Part shown: one piece after another, positions 41,643-51,117 of the stretch
How the letters are laid out: every line of letters begins with the position of its first letter
Numbering within the stretch: position 1 is the stretch's first letter
Assembly (NCBI GenBank): GCA_963848135.1
Contig: CAWKCK010000004.1
Span: 248,001-305,706 of the forward strand
Reading direction: 5' to 3'
DNA length: 57,706 bases
Source of the DNA: an uncultured delta proteobacterium
GTDB taxonomy: Bacteria > Desulfobacterota > Desulfobacteria > Desulfobacterales > SG8-13
Made by a program: the position numbers and the translations under genes
The notes under the pieces: generated by a model
Told to the model about the DNA's origin: nothing
Seen by the model: the letters and a program-made list of their open reading frames with translations, nothing else
The model's database searches: none

Positions 41643-42542
41643 TCACATGTTTGCTCTTCTTGATTCCCCAAAATTTTGGGTCCTCTCTATCACCGACTCT
41701 TTCGAATTTTGGGCAATAGCAAGAACATTTTGAGCACCGTGTTTCCATGGTTGTCGGGTAAAATTCAACATGCGTGTTTTGCTGTCGTAAAGTGCGATTT
41801 CATAGCCACGTTCGTAAAGCCAATCAATGATTTCGTGCGTTTGCATCCCGTAACGTTTCGAATAGCCTGCTAACTCAAGCTGCCAAACAGGAGGGTTCGA
41901 TTGAGATAGTAGGCGTTCTGCACCTTTAAGCGCCAAAGGTTCTGCACCTTCGATATCCATCTTTCCCATTGCATAATGGCGTTCTACAATTTGGTCTAAT
42001 ACGACACAAGGCACACTTATTTTGGAAGATTCAAATCGAGAGTCAGAAACTATCCTGCTGCAAGTGTCTTCATTCAAAGCCATAAACTCTATCATTCCAG
42101 GTTCTGAACCTACAGCGGAAGCGTGTACATGAACCCACGATAGCCTGTTTAATGCGATGTTTTCTTTCAACCTTTTTAAAGCTTTAGGATCAGGTTCGAA
42201 AGAGTCAACAGAACCATTGCCACCGACGAGAGAAGCGGCAAGCAGCGTATACACGCCAACGTTTGCACCAATATCGATAAATGCATCCCCTGGCTTTAAG
42301 TAATGTGTTATGAACTGCATCTCGTGGTAATCAGGATATCCGTTAAAGTATAAAACTGCAGAGGCACTGCGGCTATCAGGGTAAATTCTTAATATCATGT
42401 TAAACACGGAGATATCGAGAGGTTGCCGAATCAGGCGTTTATATATCTGCCAATTTGCAGCTTTATATAAAGATTTTAGGCGATTACCTTGGTTAGCAGG
42501 ATGAATCCATAGATCTTTGATCAGGGATGAGTTTGAAGACAT
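41643..42542 (-). CDS. FkbM family methyltransferase
   Basis: DIGANVG, FEP and KMDIEGAE motifs. Confidence 0.9.
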   Translation of the reverse strand: MSSNSSLIKDLWIHPANQGNRLKSLYKAANWQIYKRLIRQPLDISVFNMILRIYPDSRSASAVLYFNGYPDYHEMQFITHYLKPGDAFIDIGANVGVYTLLAASLVGGNGSVDSFEPDPKALKRLKENIALNRLSWVHVHASAVGSEPGMIEFMALNEDTCSRIVSDSRFESSKISVPCVVLDQIVERHYAMGKMDIEGAEPLALKGAERLLSQSNPPVWQLELAGYSKRYGMQTHEIIDWLYERGYEIALYDSKTRMLNFTRQPWKHGAQNVLAIAQNSKESVIERTQNFGESRRANM

Positions 42543-42761
42543 CAGGTTTTCTTTTAATTCAACTTAGAGTATGGGGCATTTTTATTACACGAGAATTGAA
42601 GACTAACATCGAATCTTTTTTATCATGTTTCGTGATTTCTTATTATCTCGCTTTATGCAGCGGGGCAAAGGCAGCTATGAGACCTCAATTACGAGAAATA
42701 CCAGGCGCTCTTATGTTACTTTTGTTGAAACATTCTGTTTGAAACTTTGATCCATTTCTCC

Positions 42762-43895
42762 CTAACTTCGGTAAGTAAAAACGTAATCAGGTTTATTACT
42801 AAAACCGAGAAGCCAGGCGTAGAGTTCAGCCATCATCGATGTTGCCGATTTCCAAGAGTAGCTTTCCGCCATCCATTTGCGCCCTTGAAGACCCATTCTG
42901 TCAAGTTCCTCCTTCGGAAGGCTCAAGGAGTGTCGCAGGGCATTGGTCAGCGCGATCTCGCCAGGTGGTATGCACCATCCGCTCTCACGCTGTTTAAGGT
43001 CCGTCCATGGCGTTTCGGTCGTGGTAATCACAGGCGTGCCGTGGGCCATTGCCTCGGCTATCGCAATACCGAAATTCTCGGAAAAGGTGGGAAGAACGAA
43101 AAGACGTGCACTGGCAAGCATCTTCTGCTTATCTTCTCCCAAAACTTCGCCTCGGAAATTAATGCGCTTCGCACCCAGCTCATCGACAAGTGAAATCATC
43201 TTTCGTCCGTAGTGATCCGTCACTTTCCCCGCAATATGCAATTCCCACTCGGGGAAGGCGCTCTGGATTGCACGCCAGGCCGGTATGAGAATGTGCACAC
43301 CCTTTTTTTCATGTATCCGGCTGAGAAAAACGACTCTGTTCCGTTTATTCCGATTTTTTGAAATATCAGGAATATCGACGCCATTAGGGATAATTGCCAC
43401 CGGCTGCTTGAAATTCAAGCGGCGGATGTCTTCAAGTTCAGAATTTGCTGTCGCATGAAAGCAGTCAACCCGTTGTAAGGCAGGTTTTTGAATCAGACGC
43501 CAGACTGGTCGCTTAATCGCTGATCTGTAATTCCAGGCCCATGGTGAAAACATGCCTCTTGGGCTCCAGACAACTTTAGCTTTCGAATGCTTACTGAGTG
43601 CATGGGGGAAAAGGTTCGAAAAACGCCATACGCCATGGCCGTGCATGATGCAGGGCGTTTTGGCGCGGTGCCGTATTGTTTTTAAAGCATAGAGAGGCGG
43701 GAGTCCCACGCGGCCAAGCAAGCCATTATATATTTCTAGTGATGAGGCATGTTGCCATACTTCCGGTTGGTTGCCTAAGGCCATCACTGTGACAGGATTT
43801 TCCTGATTCGATAGATGGTGCGAAAGGTGACCTACGGAATGCGTTGGCCCCGAAGATGAGCTATCAACGCTTTGCAGTAATTGGTAAATCTTCAT
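42762..43895 (-). CDS. Glycosyltransferase family 4
   Basis: SPRGM, IPNGVD, SRIHEKKG and ENFGIAIAEAM motifs. Confidence 0.92.
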   Translation of the reverse strand: MKIYQLLQSVDSSSSGPTHSVGHLSHHLSNQENPVTVMALGNQPEVWQHASSLEIYNGLLGRVGLPPLYALKTIRHRAKTPCIMHGHGVWRFSNLFPHALSKHSKAKVVWSPRGMFSPWAWNYRSAIKRPVWRLIQKPALQRVDCFHATANSELEDIRRLNFKQPVAIIPNGVDIPDISKNRNKRNRVVFLSRIHEKKGVHILIPAWRAIQSAFPEWELHIAGKVTDHYGRKMISLVDELGAKRINFRGEVLGEDKQKMLASARLFVLPTFSENFGIAIAEAMAHGTPVITTTETPWTDLKQRESGWCIPPGEIALTNALRHSLSLPKEELDRMGLQGRKWMAESYSWKSATSMMAELYAWLLGFSNKPDYVFTYRS

Positions 43896-44155
43896 TATTC
43901 CGCTTTTCGGTGAGAAGCTTTAAGGCCTGACTTTGATTGCGATAGCGCTTTGATAAGTGTACCGGTTACCCAAAATGGGGGTCAGAAACATAGCGCATAA
44001 AAAGGCAGAGGGCATCGTTACGCCAGTGAGCCCAAATTTAAAATTTCAATCGTCAAGAGTACGATCCTGAGCAATGCTACTTTATTCTGCCCATAAGGAT
44101 TCGGCCAGTGAATCCGTCTGCATAAGATCATATTATGCTTCGTTGAAAGGGTCAT

Positions 44156-45301
44156 CTATTGGCCGTTCTCCAGAACGGTTTTAATCACTTGGCTAACCCT
44201 TCGCTGAAAGTTCGATTTTGAGAAAAATGCCAAACCAGGCGGTATCCGCCTATCGGATCGCAACGCACTCTTAATGCCATTTATTATATCCTCTTTGTTC
44301 GAGGGGTCCACAAGTGTGCCAAGCTTGCCATCCCGCAACGCCTCTCTTCCACCGTCGAGTTTGCTGGCAACAACTGGTATTCCACAAGACATGGCCTCCA
44401 GAAATACAATTCCAAAACCCTCGCCTTGACTTGGCATCACATAAACATCCGCTAAACGATAGTGGTCAACCTTTTCATTTTCATCGATCATTCCTGCGAA
44501 GACAACCTGGTCTGAAACGCCAAGGTCATGGGCTTTTTCTGCGAGTCGGGCTCTGTCTGGGCCATCTCCCCCCAAAAGATATATCAAGTTTGGTATTTTC
44601 CTATTCAATAGAGGCAAAACCTCAATAATTTCATCGTAACCCTTTTTGCGGTCCGGCCCAGGCATGCGACCAAGGGACATCAATACACATTTGCCCTGCA
44701 AACCATAACGTTTAACCAGTGTTGGATTCTTGGGTCCTGGCGTGAAGCTTTCTAAATCCACACAAACCGGAAGAATAATTGATTTTCCATGGTTAAAGGC
44801 TGACCAGCCGCAGAAACGGTCAATTGTCGTTTGACTGATTGAAACCACATAATCGACTTTTGAGGCGAAGTAATTCACTATGTGGTTTTTTGTCGGGGTC
44901 CACGCATCGATGCCATAAATTATCATAACCAATTTCATCTGCAGAAGCTTTGACAGCGGCCAGGCAATTGGCAGTAGATTGATATGCCCGCAAATTAAGA
45001 CGTCAAAGCGGGAATCCATGAATAATGATATTAGCAGATTTTTAATGTAATTGGGTATTGTCGTGATACCCTTGTCAATGAATCGAATTTTGTCTGGTAT
45101 TTCCTCTTTGATGGCGTAAGTGACGAGTCGCGGGAATACTAAAGCTTCTTCGCAATTGGTGGCAATGCTCATGGCTTCGAGAAGGTCTCTATTGAATCGA
45201 GAAATGCCTCCATGCCCGCCATAGGCATCTGTTAGTAAAACCAGAATACGCCCTGTGGATTTTTTGTCAGTCAATTTCGGGCCAACAGCAAACGGATTCA
45301 A
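44156..45301 (-). CDS. Glycosyltransferase family 4
   Basis: GGI, KGYD and EGFGIVFLEAM motifs. Confidence 0.92.
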   Translation of the reverse strand: MNPFAVGPKLTDKKSTGRILVLLTDAYGGHGGISRFNRDLLEAMSIATNCEEALVFPRLVTYAIKEEIPDKIRFIDKGITTIPNYIKNLLISLFMDSRFDVLICGHINLLPIAWPLSKLLQMKLVMIIYGIDAWTPTKNHIVNYFASKVDYVVSISQTTIDRFCGWSAFNHGKSIILPVCVDLESFTPGPKNPTLVKRYGLQGKCVLMSLGRMPGPDRKKGYDEIIEVLPLLNRKIPNLIYLLGGDGPDRARLAEKAHDLGVSDQVVFAGMIDENEKVDHYRLADVYVMPSQGEGFGIVFLEAMSCGIPVVASKLDGGREALRDGKLGTLVDPSNKEDIINGIKSALRSDRRIPPGLAFFSKSNFQRRVSQVIKTVLENGQ

Positions 45302-45306
45302 TGATG

Positions 45307-46593
45307 TTATCTAAGATCATTATTCGAGTCACGATGTATCCGCGATTTTTCCTTCATCTGCTGATGCGTAAATTGGAAAAGCTCTTTGAGCCAGTATACC
45401 CAACGCTTAACATACGATAATGGCAACAGCCACGGCTTCTTCGGCGGATAAGCGACGCGAACATAGGCTGGATCAGGGAAAACAAGCTGTAGTAAAAAGG
45501 TGAACTTTTTTGGAACCTTACGAATAGACTCTATATATCCGCGAACGCGAATATTGGATGTATTTCTTCCGATCGCATAGTTTAATTCCAGCATTTCAGC
45601 AGCATCTGTTTTAAAATTTGACAAAAATTTCAAGAAATCGTCAGGTATTTGCACGTTAAACCAAAGTTGTGCTGCTTTCAGTGCATGTTGAACGACCACA
45701 CTCGTTTTCGATTCATCGAATTTACTTTCTAAGTATGGCCATCCGTTCATTTCATTCAACTTTTTCGTCAAATAGGCAATGTCAGCAATCCAAATCAGCC
45801 TTACGTTTTCATTATGGTTTAAAGTCAGATGAACGGCCGAATGGATTAATGCATCGACAGGGTTAAGAGTGTTAAAAGAAATGCCCGTTACTTTCACTGG
45901 TTCTGCTTGATCAAAGACATCAGCTGCCCAGTCATTACGCCCGATGCCATAATAGTCGAGAAGGTTCCAGTGTAGATCCAATGTTAACGGTCTTTGTCGA
46001 CTCTCTTTATGAAAAAAATCCTCCGCTTTACAAATATCTTTGAAATGTTCAAACCTGTTAAATCTGGTACGGTAGCCGAGTTTATACAATAATTTTCGAG
46101 CCAGGAGGAATTTCTGAGGCTTAACCAGGATGTCAATATCGCCAAACGGCCTTGCAGCAAAGTCAGGATAAACGGCCCATGCCAATGCCAATCCTTTTAG
46201 AACAATCACCTCAACATCCGCTTGAGAAAAAGCTTCCAAGACTTCACGTAGTTGTCTCAGGTAAATCTGGTAGGCAAGGTTGTTTTTCAGGAATGTTTCC
46301 TTGAACTTTTTTTTTATATTTACTGACGGCTGGCAAGATACAGGTAATTGCGCTATCTTTGTGTATAAAAGCGGAATCAATCCATGTCTGCTTAGCTCTG
46401 AAATTAAAAAAGCCCATTCATTTTCAGATGTAATGGGGAAGGGAAGGGGGTTATCATCTCTGAGTATAGTTAGAAAGTACGAAAATAAGGGCTTTGATAC
46501 ATCAAGAAGGGGCCGTTGAGAGTCCTCTAAAAGCTTAAAATCTTTGTGGAAAGATTTTATATTTAATATTAAATCGTTGTTCATGAGGTGCAT
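45307..46593 (-). CDS. Nucleotidyltransferase family protein (type found in lasso/RiPP clusters)
   Basis: VLKGLAL...YPD...RPFGDIDILV and DLHW motifs. Confidence 0.85.
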   Translation of the reverse strand: MHLMNNDLILNIKSFHKDFKLLEDSQRPLLDVSKPLFSYFLTILRDDNPLPFPITSENEWAFLISELSRHGLIPLLYTKIAQLPVSCQPSVNIKKKFKETFLKNNLAYQIYLRQLREVLEAFSQADVEVIVLKGLALAWAVYPDFAARPFGDIDILVKPQKFLLARKLLYKLGYRTRFNRFEHFKDICKAEDFFHKESRQRPLTLDLHWNLLDYYGIGRNDWAADVFDQAEPVKVTGISFNTLNPVDALIHSAVHLTLNHNENVRLIWIADIAYLTKKLNEMNGWPYLESKFDESKTSVVVQHALKAAQLWFNVQIPDDFLKFLSNFKTDAAEMLELNYAIGRNTSNIRVRGYIESIRKVPKKFTFLLQLVFPDPAYVRVAYPPKKPWLLPLSYVKRWVYWLKELFQFTHQQMKEKSRIHRDSNNDLR

Positions 46594-46638
46594 AAAAATA
46601 TTTTGTGAATATTTTTCAGTAGGACTGAAAAATCTGTA

Positions 46639-48453
46639 CTATCGATAGTGTTGTGCCTGCTTGTTGAAATAGAAGGCATACTTCCCATCGAGATTCACCA
46701 ATTCCCCATGGCTACCGCCTTCAATGATTCTGCCCTTTTCAAGGACAAAGATACGATCAGCCATCCTTACAGTGGAAAAACGATGGCTGATCAGTACAGC
46801 CGAGCGCCCATTTAACAGTTGCCGGAAATTTTGGAATACGTCATATTCGGCTTTGGCATCCAATGAACTTGTCGGCTCATCCAACACAATCATTTGGGCA
46901 TCTCTTAGGAATGCCCTCGCCAGCGCGATTTTTTGCCATTCTCCTATGCTGAGTTCTTCTCCATCTTCGAACCACTTGCCCAGGGTGGTGTCGTAACCCT
47001 TTGGCAGCTTCTCGATCAGCTCAGCTGCGCCAGCATGTCGTGCCGCACTTTCAATATATTCAGAATTTAAAGGAAGTTTGGTATTCCCAAACCAGATATT
47101 TTCACGGGCGGTCAAATGATATTTGGCGTAGTCTTGGAAAATAGCGCTTATTTCGTTTCGTAAAGACGTTAAGTTGTATTGACGCAGGTCAGTACCATCC
47201 AAAGTTATTATTCCATCGTTGGGGTCATATAGCCGACAGAGAAGTTTTGCTAACGTGGTTTTGCCGGAACCGTTTTCGCCGACCAGAGCGATGACCTCAC
47301 CAGGATGAATGTTTAGGGAGATGTTACTCAAAGCATTTTCGCTACCCATGGGATATTTGAAACTCACATCATCAACAATGAAACCACTAAGAATTGGTCG
47401 AGGGAACTTCGTAGGATGGATCGGAGTTTTGACTTTTGTCTGAAGTTTCAGCAACTCGTCCAAGTTAGTTAAAAACAGATTGTTTTCGTATAATTCGGCC
47501 ATACCACCCAGGGTTCCCTGGAAATAGTTCAATGCTCGTTGAAAAGCCTGAAAATACATGACCATATCACCGATCGTAATCATGCCGTTGAGCGTCCGAT
47601 AAATTATAAACCCCAAGGATCCAAATAGACCGATGATGCTAAAGCTTTCGGCAAAAAGCTCCGCACCCACACGTTTCCGGGAAAGATTTAATTTCTCTAA
47701 TCGCAATTGATTCCGCAAATGCATAAATCGAGGTTTAAACACTGTCCCCAAGTTAAATAGGCGGATTTCTTTGGCATGGGTTTCACCGGTGAGCAGCCAA
47801 TTGTAATAATCGGTTTTACGCTGCATGGAGGTTCGATCACGCTGCCACCCGAAAATTTTTTCAGAATATTTCAGTCGCACGATCAGGCTTGGTACTGCCA
47901 CAATGATCAGGATGAATACGATACCCCAGTGGAATGCCATCAACAAGCCTGTCAAGGCCAATAGTGAGACGGCGTTTTGTCCTAATCGAAGCCAACTATT
48001 TATTATCATCGACGGGCGATATGGACCTTCTTTTTGGGCCCGATGAAGCGTGTCGAAATATTTCGGGTTTTCATAATATTCCAGATCTAATTCTGCCGAT
48101 TTTTCGTGTAGAATACTATACACATGGTCGGTGACCTTCAGCGTTTGAGCCTCACCTACAAATGCGCTGAGATGACGACAAACCGCGTTTAATAAAGCCG
48201 CACCGGCGGCCAGACCAATGAGAACCGGAATGCTGATCGAACTGGCAGCGCTTTCCTGCACACCAAGAGATACCGCCACCGCATCGAGTATCAACTTGAT
48301 GATATATAGGTTCAAAAGAGGGAGTACCCCCAAAAAAACAAGCAGGGCAAGATTTGCGAAAAACAAACCGGGCCCTGCTTGCCACAATAATTTAAAAGCT
48401 TGTTTGAATCGTAGCGCCGTTTTTAGTTTATTCAGTATAGATGGCCCCTCCAT
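46639..48453 (-). CDS. ABC exporter, fused permease/ATPase (RiPP-cluster type)
   Basis: TM domain with KEIRLF, then GENGSGKTT, LSIGEWQKIALARA, LDEPT and SHRFS. Start placed at the TAATG overlap with the rSAM stop. Confidence 0.92.
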   Translation of the reverse strand: MEGPSILNKLKTALRFKQAFKLLWQAGPGLFFANLALLVFLGVLPLLNLYIIKLILDAVAVSLGVQESAASSISIPVLIGLAAGAALLNAVCRHLSAFVGEAQTLKVTDHVYSILHEKSAELDLEYYENPKYFDTLHRAQKEGPYRPSMIINSWLRLGQNAVSLLALTGLLMAFHWGIVFILIIVAVPSLIVRLKYSEKIFGWQRDRTSMQRKTDYYNWLLTGETHAKEIRLFNLGTVFKPRFMHLRNQLRLEKLNLSRKRVGAELFAESFSIIGLFGSLGFIIYRTLNGMITIGDMVMYFQAFQRALNYFQGTLGGMAELYENNLFLTNLDELLKLQTKVKTPIHPTKFPRPILSGFIVDDVSFKYPMGSENALSNISLNIHPGEVIALVGENGSGKTTLAKLLCRLYDPNDGIITLDGTDLRQYNLTSLRNEISAIFQDYAKYHLTARENIWFGNTKLPLNSEYIESAARHAGAAELIEKLPKGYDTTLGKWFEDGEELSIGEWQKIALARAFLRDAQMIVLDEPTSSLDAKAEYDVFQNFRQLLNGRSAVLISHRFSTVRMADRIFVLEKGRIIEGGSHGELVNLDGKYAFYFNKQAQHYR

Positions 48454-49574
48454 TATTTCTTGGAGTCCAGTGTTGCTTTGCGTGCCTTTGCAATTTGACA
48501 GAAGTATTCCACAGGCGCATCGGGTTCGCCTGTTTCCAAGAAAGCATGTGCCGGGCACCAGTAACAGAGGTCGATGAGCTCGCAATTTCCACAATTATCG
48601 ATATAATCGTTTCGTTTTGCACGTAATTTGCGAATTTTGGGGATAAAGTGATTCCATGCTTCCTGTGAGGCTCCCGCGTCTAAGATCAAATATGTAGAGA
48701 GCTGATTGTGAAAGCTCGAGCATATCCGAAAACTGCCATCAGAGCCCACTGAAAAATTTTTATCTCCGGCATTGCATTGAAAGAGCAGATTTCCGCAGTC
48801 CTTAACACCTTTCCGCATTTTGGCCGTATCGCATTTTTTCCTGAGTGACGCCCATCTCTGCGGGTCCGTCTGCTCCAGTGCGATGATTTCATCCGCAGTG
48901 AGTCTCTCGGACTCAATTTGCTTGTTCTTCACAGAATCCCGATCATACCGAAAATGCAGAAACGGGTCAAAGCGGTAAAAATCTTTCGTGAGTTTCCTGC
49001 AAAATATATCGATTTCTTTCAATTCCGCAAGGTTTGAACGCAGAGCCATAGCTTTCAGGCGAACTTTGATGTCACTTTGTAACAATTTACCCAAGCCATT
49101 TTGGAAGCTGTGGAAAAGGCTTGGCCGGCGTGTAACTCGCCCGTACGTTTTTTCGGTAACGCCATACACAGTCACTTCGATGTCCCTTGGCGGATATTTT
49201 TTAAACAATTTTATGTGGTTGTCCGATATCAAAGTCGCATTTGTAAATACGGATACCAGCAAACCTGCTTTTTTCAATGCGATGTAAATTTCCTCGAAAT
49301 CCTCTCGCAGCAGAGGCTCGCCGCCCGAGATCAAACACCACAGTGAACCTAAAGATACGGCTTCCTGGGCTAATTCGCTTATTTCGTCCAGAGTCAATTC
49401 ATTGTTCCGTGCTTCAACATCGTTTTCCGGAAGATTGATATAGCAGTGCCGGCAGTTATTGTTGCACCGGGCGGTTATTTCGATATCAAATGAAAAGGGA
49501 ATCCGGCGGTTACTGGTTTTATCCCACAAACCAAAATCAGATAATTCGCGATGTGATACAAAAGAATCTTTCAT
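48453..49574 (-). CDS. Radical SAM/SPASM maturase 2
   Basis: CNNNCRHC, SGGEPL and FTNA; SPASM region CNAG...C...CGNCELIDLCYWCPA...C. Confidence 0.92.
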   Translation of the reverse strand: MKDSFVSHRELSDFGLWDKTSNRRIPFSFDIEITARCNNNCRHCYINLPENDVEARNNELTLDEISELAQEAVSLGSLWCLISGGEPLLREDFEEIYIALKKAGLLVSVFTNATLISDNHIKLFKKYPPRDIEVTVYGVTEKTYGRVTRRPSLFHSFQNGLGKLLQSDIKVRLKAMALRSNLAELKEIDIFCRKLTKDFYRFDPFLHFRYDRDSVKNKQIESERLTADEIIALEQTDPQRWASLRKKCDTAKMRKGVKDCGNLLFQCNAGDKNFSVGSDGSFRICSSFHNQLSTYLILDAGASQEAWNHFIPKIRKLRAKRNDYIDNCGNCELIDLCYWCPAHAFLETGEPDAPVEYFCQIAKARKATLDSKK

Positions 49575-49683
49575 AGTTGTTTATATTGCTGTAAAATTAT
49601 GAGATTCTCCACCAATTTGTAGACCCTTAGATTATGGTCTACGAATTATCCGTGTTGTTTGCGGCCAAAATTTGTTTCTTGTA

Positions 49684-50156
49684 TTAGTGCTCCAAATATT
49701 GAAATAGTTTGACCAAAGGAAGGAACAAATTGTGACGCGTTAGAAATGAAATGAAGACCCTCTCGAAGCCCAAGCCGAAACGATTATTTTTCCCGTATCG
49801 CTCGACATTGCTCGTGATACCTAAAACTTGATTTGCGGCTACATTGTCTATGGCAGTTTTTACGTTATCTGCTTTGATGGAATAAAAGTTTCCATTCGCT
49901 ATAATTATGCGATGAACTAAAAGCCTCTTCGTCGTCGGATGCACATAAGCAACGACTTCGCCAACTTTGGGTTTTCTGTCTTTCAGAGAAGAAATCGTCA
50001 GGATATCGCCATCCTTGATCAAAGGCGACATACTGCGCCCTGCTGCACGAAATCGAAAAGGTTTACCTTTTTCAAGAACGGCACTCAGCAGTGTGACCAA
50101 AGCATTATTGGAAAGACAAATCCCACTGGAATTTCAATGATTGAAACCGGTCTCAT
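49684..50156 (-). CDS. S24/S26-family peptidase (putative leader peptidase)
   Basis: GRSMSP (Ser) and LVHRII (His) motifs. Probable ATG at 50156 overlapping the RRE stop, with a frameshift near 50130; the intact frame runs from 50100. Confidence 0.8.
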
Positions 50157-50464
50157 TAGCTGTCAATTTCAACAACGATTCCCCGTTTCGAAAGTTCCCG
50201 GACGAATCCGAGGACATCGATTTCAATATTCTCTTTGGAATTTTCGTACTCGGCTGATATATCTGCAATGATATCTTTAAGGCTTTTGTTGCCATCAAGC
50301 TTGTCCCATATAGCTTCACCGGTGGCGTTCAATGTAAATAGCTCATCTTCCATGTCGCCTATGCCTGAGACAAGCGGTACAATAATAATTTCACCCTCTA
50401 TCTTGCGGGCAACGACATCCTCGGAAACTTTGTACACTTTTTCAAGGCCAGAATTGATTTCCAA
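50156..50464 (-). CDS. PqqD family / RiPP recognition element
   Basis: VVARKIEGE, LFTLNATGEAIW..LDG and DV..FV.EL..RGIV. Confidence 0.92.
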   Translation of the reverse strand: MEINSGLEKVYKVSEDVVARKIEGEIIIVPLVSGIGDMEDELFTLNATGEAIWDKLDGNKSLKDIIADISAEYENSKENIEIDVLGFVRELSKRGIVVEIDS

Positions 50465-50710
50465 GTTAATCCTCCCTGGATATACCTGATATGAATTCCG
50501 AAACGGCGCATTTGAATTTATACAAATGATATATTCCCAAGTGTTTGTAACGATTCTGCAATTCGGTAAAATATTGAAACAGGAAATTGGGGGGGGGAAT
50601 TACTTTATCGTTAAGGGATGGTCCGGCCTTCGGGATGGTCAATTTCGATCAACTCTAAATTGGTGGGCACTAATCGGGTTCATTCAAGTTGGTAATCATA
50701 AAGGGGCAAG

Positions 50711-50745
50711 GGGAAAAACCTCTACCAACAATTTAGGGTAGAGGG
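50711..50745 (-). terminator. Intrinsic terminator/stabilising hairpin after the precursor gene
   Basis: Minus strand CCTCTACC-10 nt-GGTAGAGG followed by TTTTT. Confidence 0.65.
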
Positions 50746-50779
50746 CGGTGGGCTGTGTTTTATCGATACCCCAGAGGTT

Positions 50780-50962
50780 TCAACTCGTTACAAATGCCGA
50801 ACAAGGCTGTGGATCCGGAGGCTCTGAAAAATAGCCGCAACCTGTTAACCACCCTGTCGGTCCGCTTGCATCACCAAATAGCTTGCAGAAGAACAATACA
50901 CTTTCTTCCGGTTTACCGCGGATTAATACGATTAATTTTGGTTTTTCCCATTCTTTTTTCAT
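50780..50962 (-). CDS. RiPP precursor peptide, 60 aa
   Basis: AGGAG RBS 7 nt upstream. MKKEWEKPKLIVLIRGKPEESVLFFCKLFGDASGPTGWLTGCGYFSEPPDPQPCSAFVTS has a WxxPxL RRE-binding-type motif and lies between the rSAM and RRE genes. Confidence 0.85.
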   Translation of the reverse strand: MKKEWEKPKLIVLIRGKPEESVLFFCKLFGDASGPTGWLTGCGYFSEPPDPQPCSAFVTS

Positions 50963-51117
50963 TATCATACTCCTATAGTTTCAAGATCTAAAAGATGTGT
51001 TACTTAGCGGCCATTTAAATTACTCGATAAGCAAATATCGTATTCGCTAACGATCTGTCAGTGGATTATTAGCGGCGAATTTCTTGACCCTGTCATCTCC
51101 ATTATCAATCTCCCAGG

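Noticed and set aside
43896..44155. Gene between the two GT4s (also 42543-42761)
   Set aside because: Only short broken frames; possibly deletion remnants, but no family could be supported.
50690..50782. Selenocysteine read-through of the precursor TGA
   Set aside because: No convincing SECIS hairpin directly after the TGA. A terminator-like hairpin follows, and a terminal Ser fits the kinase.
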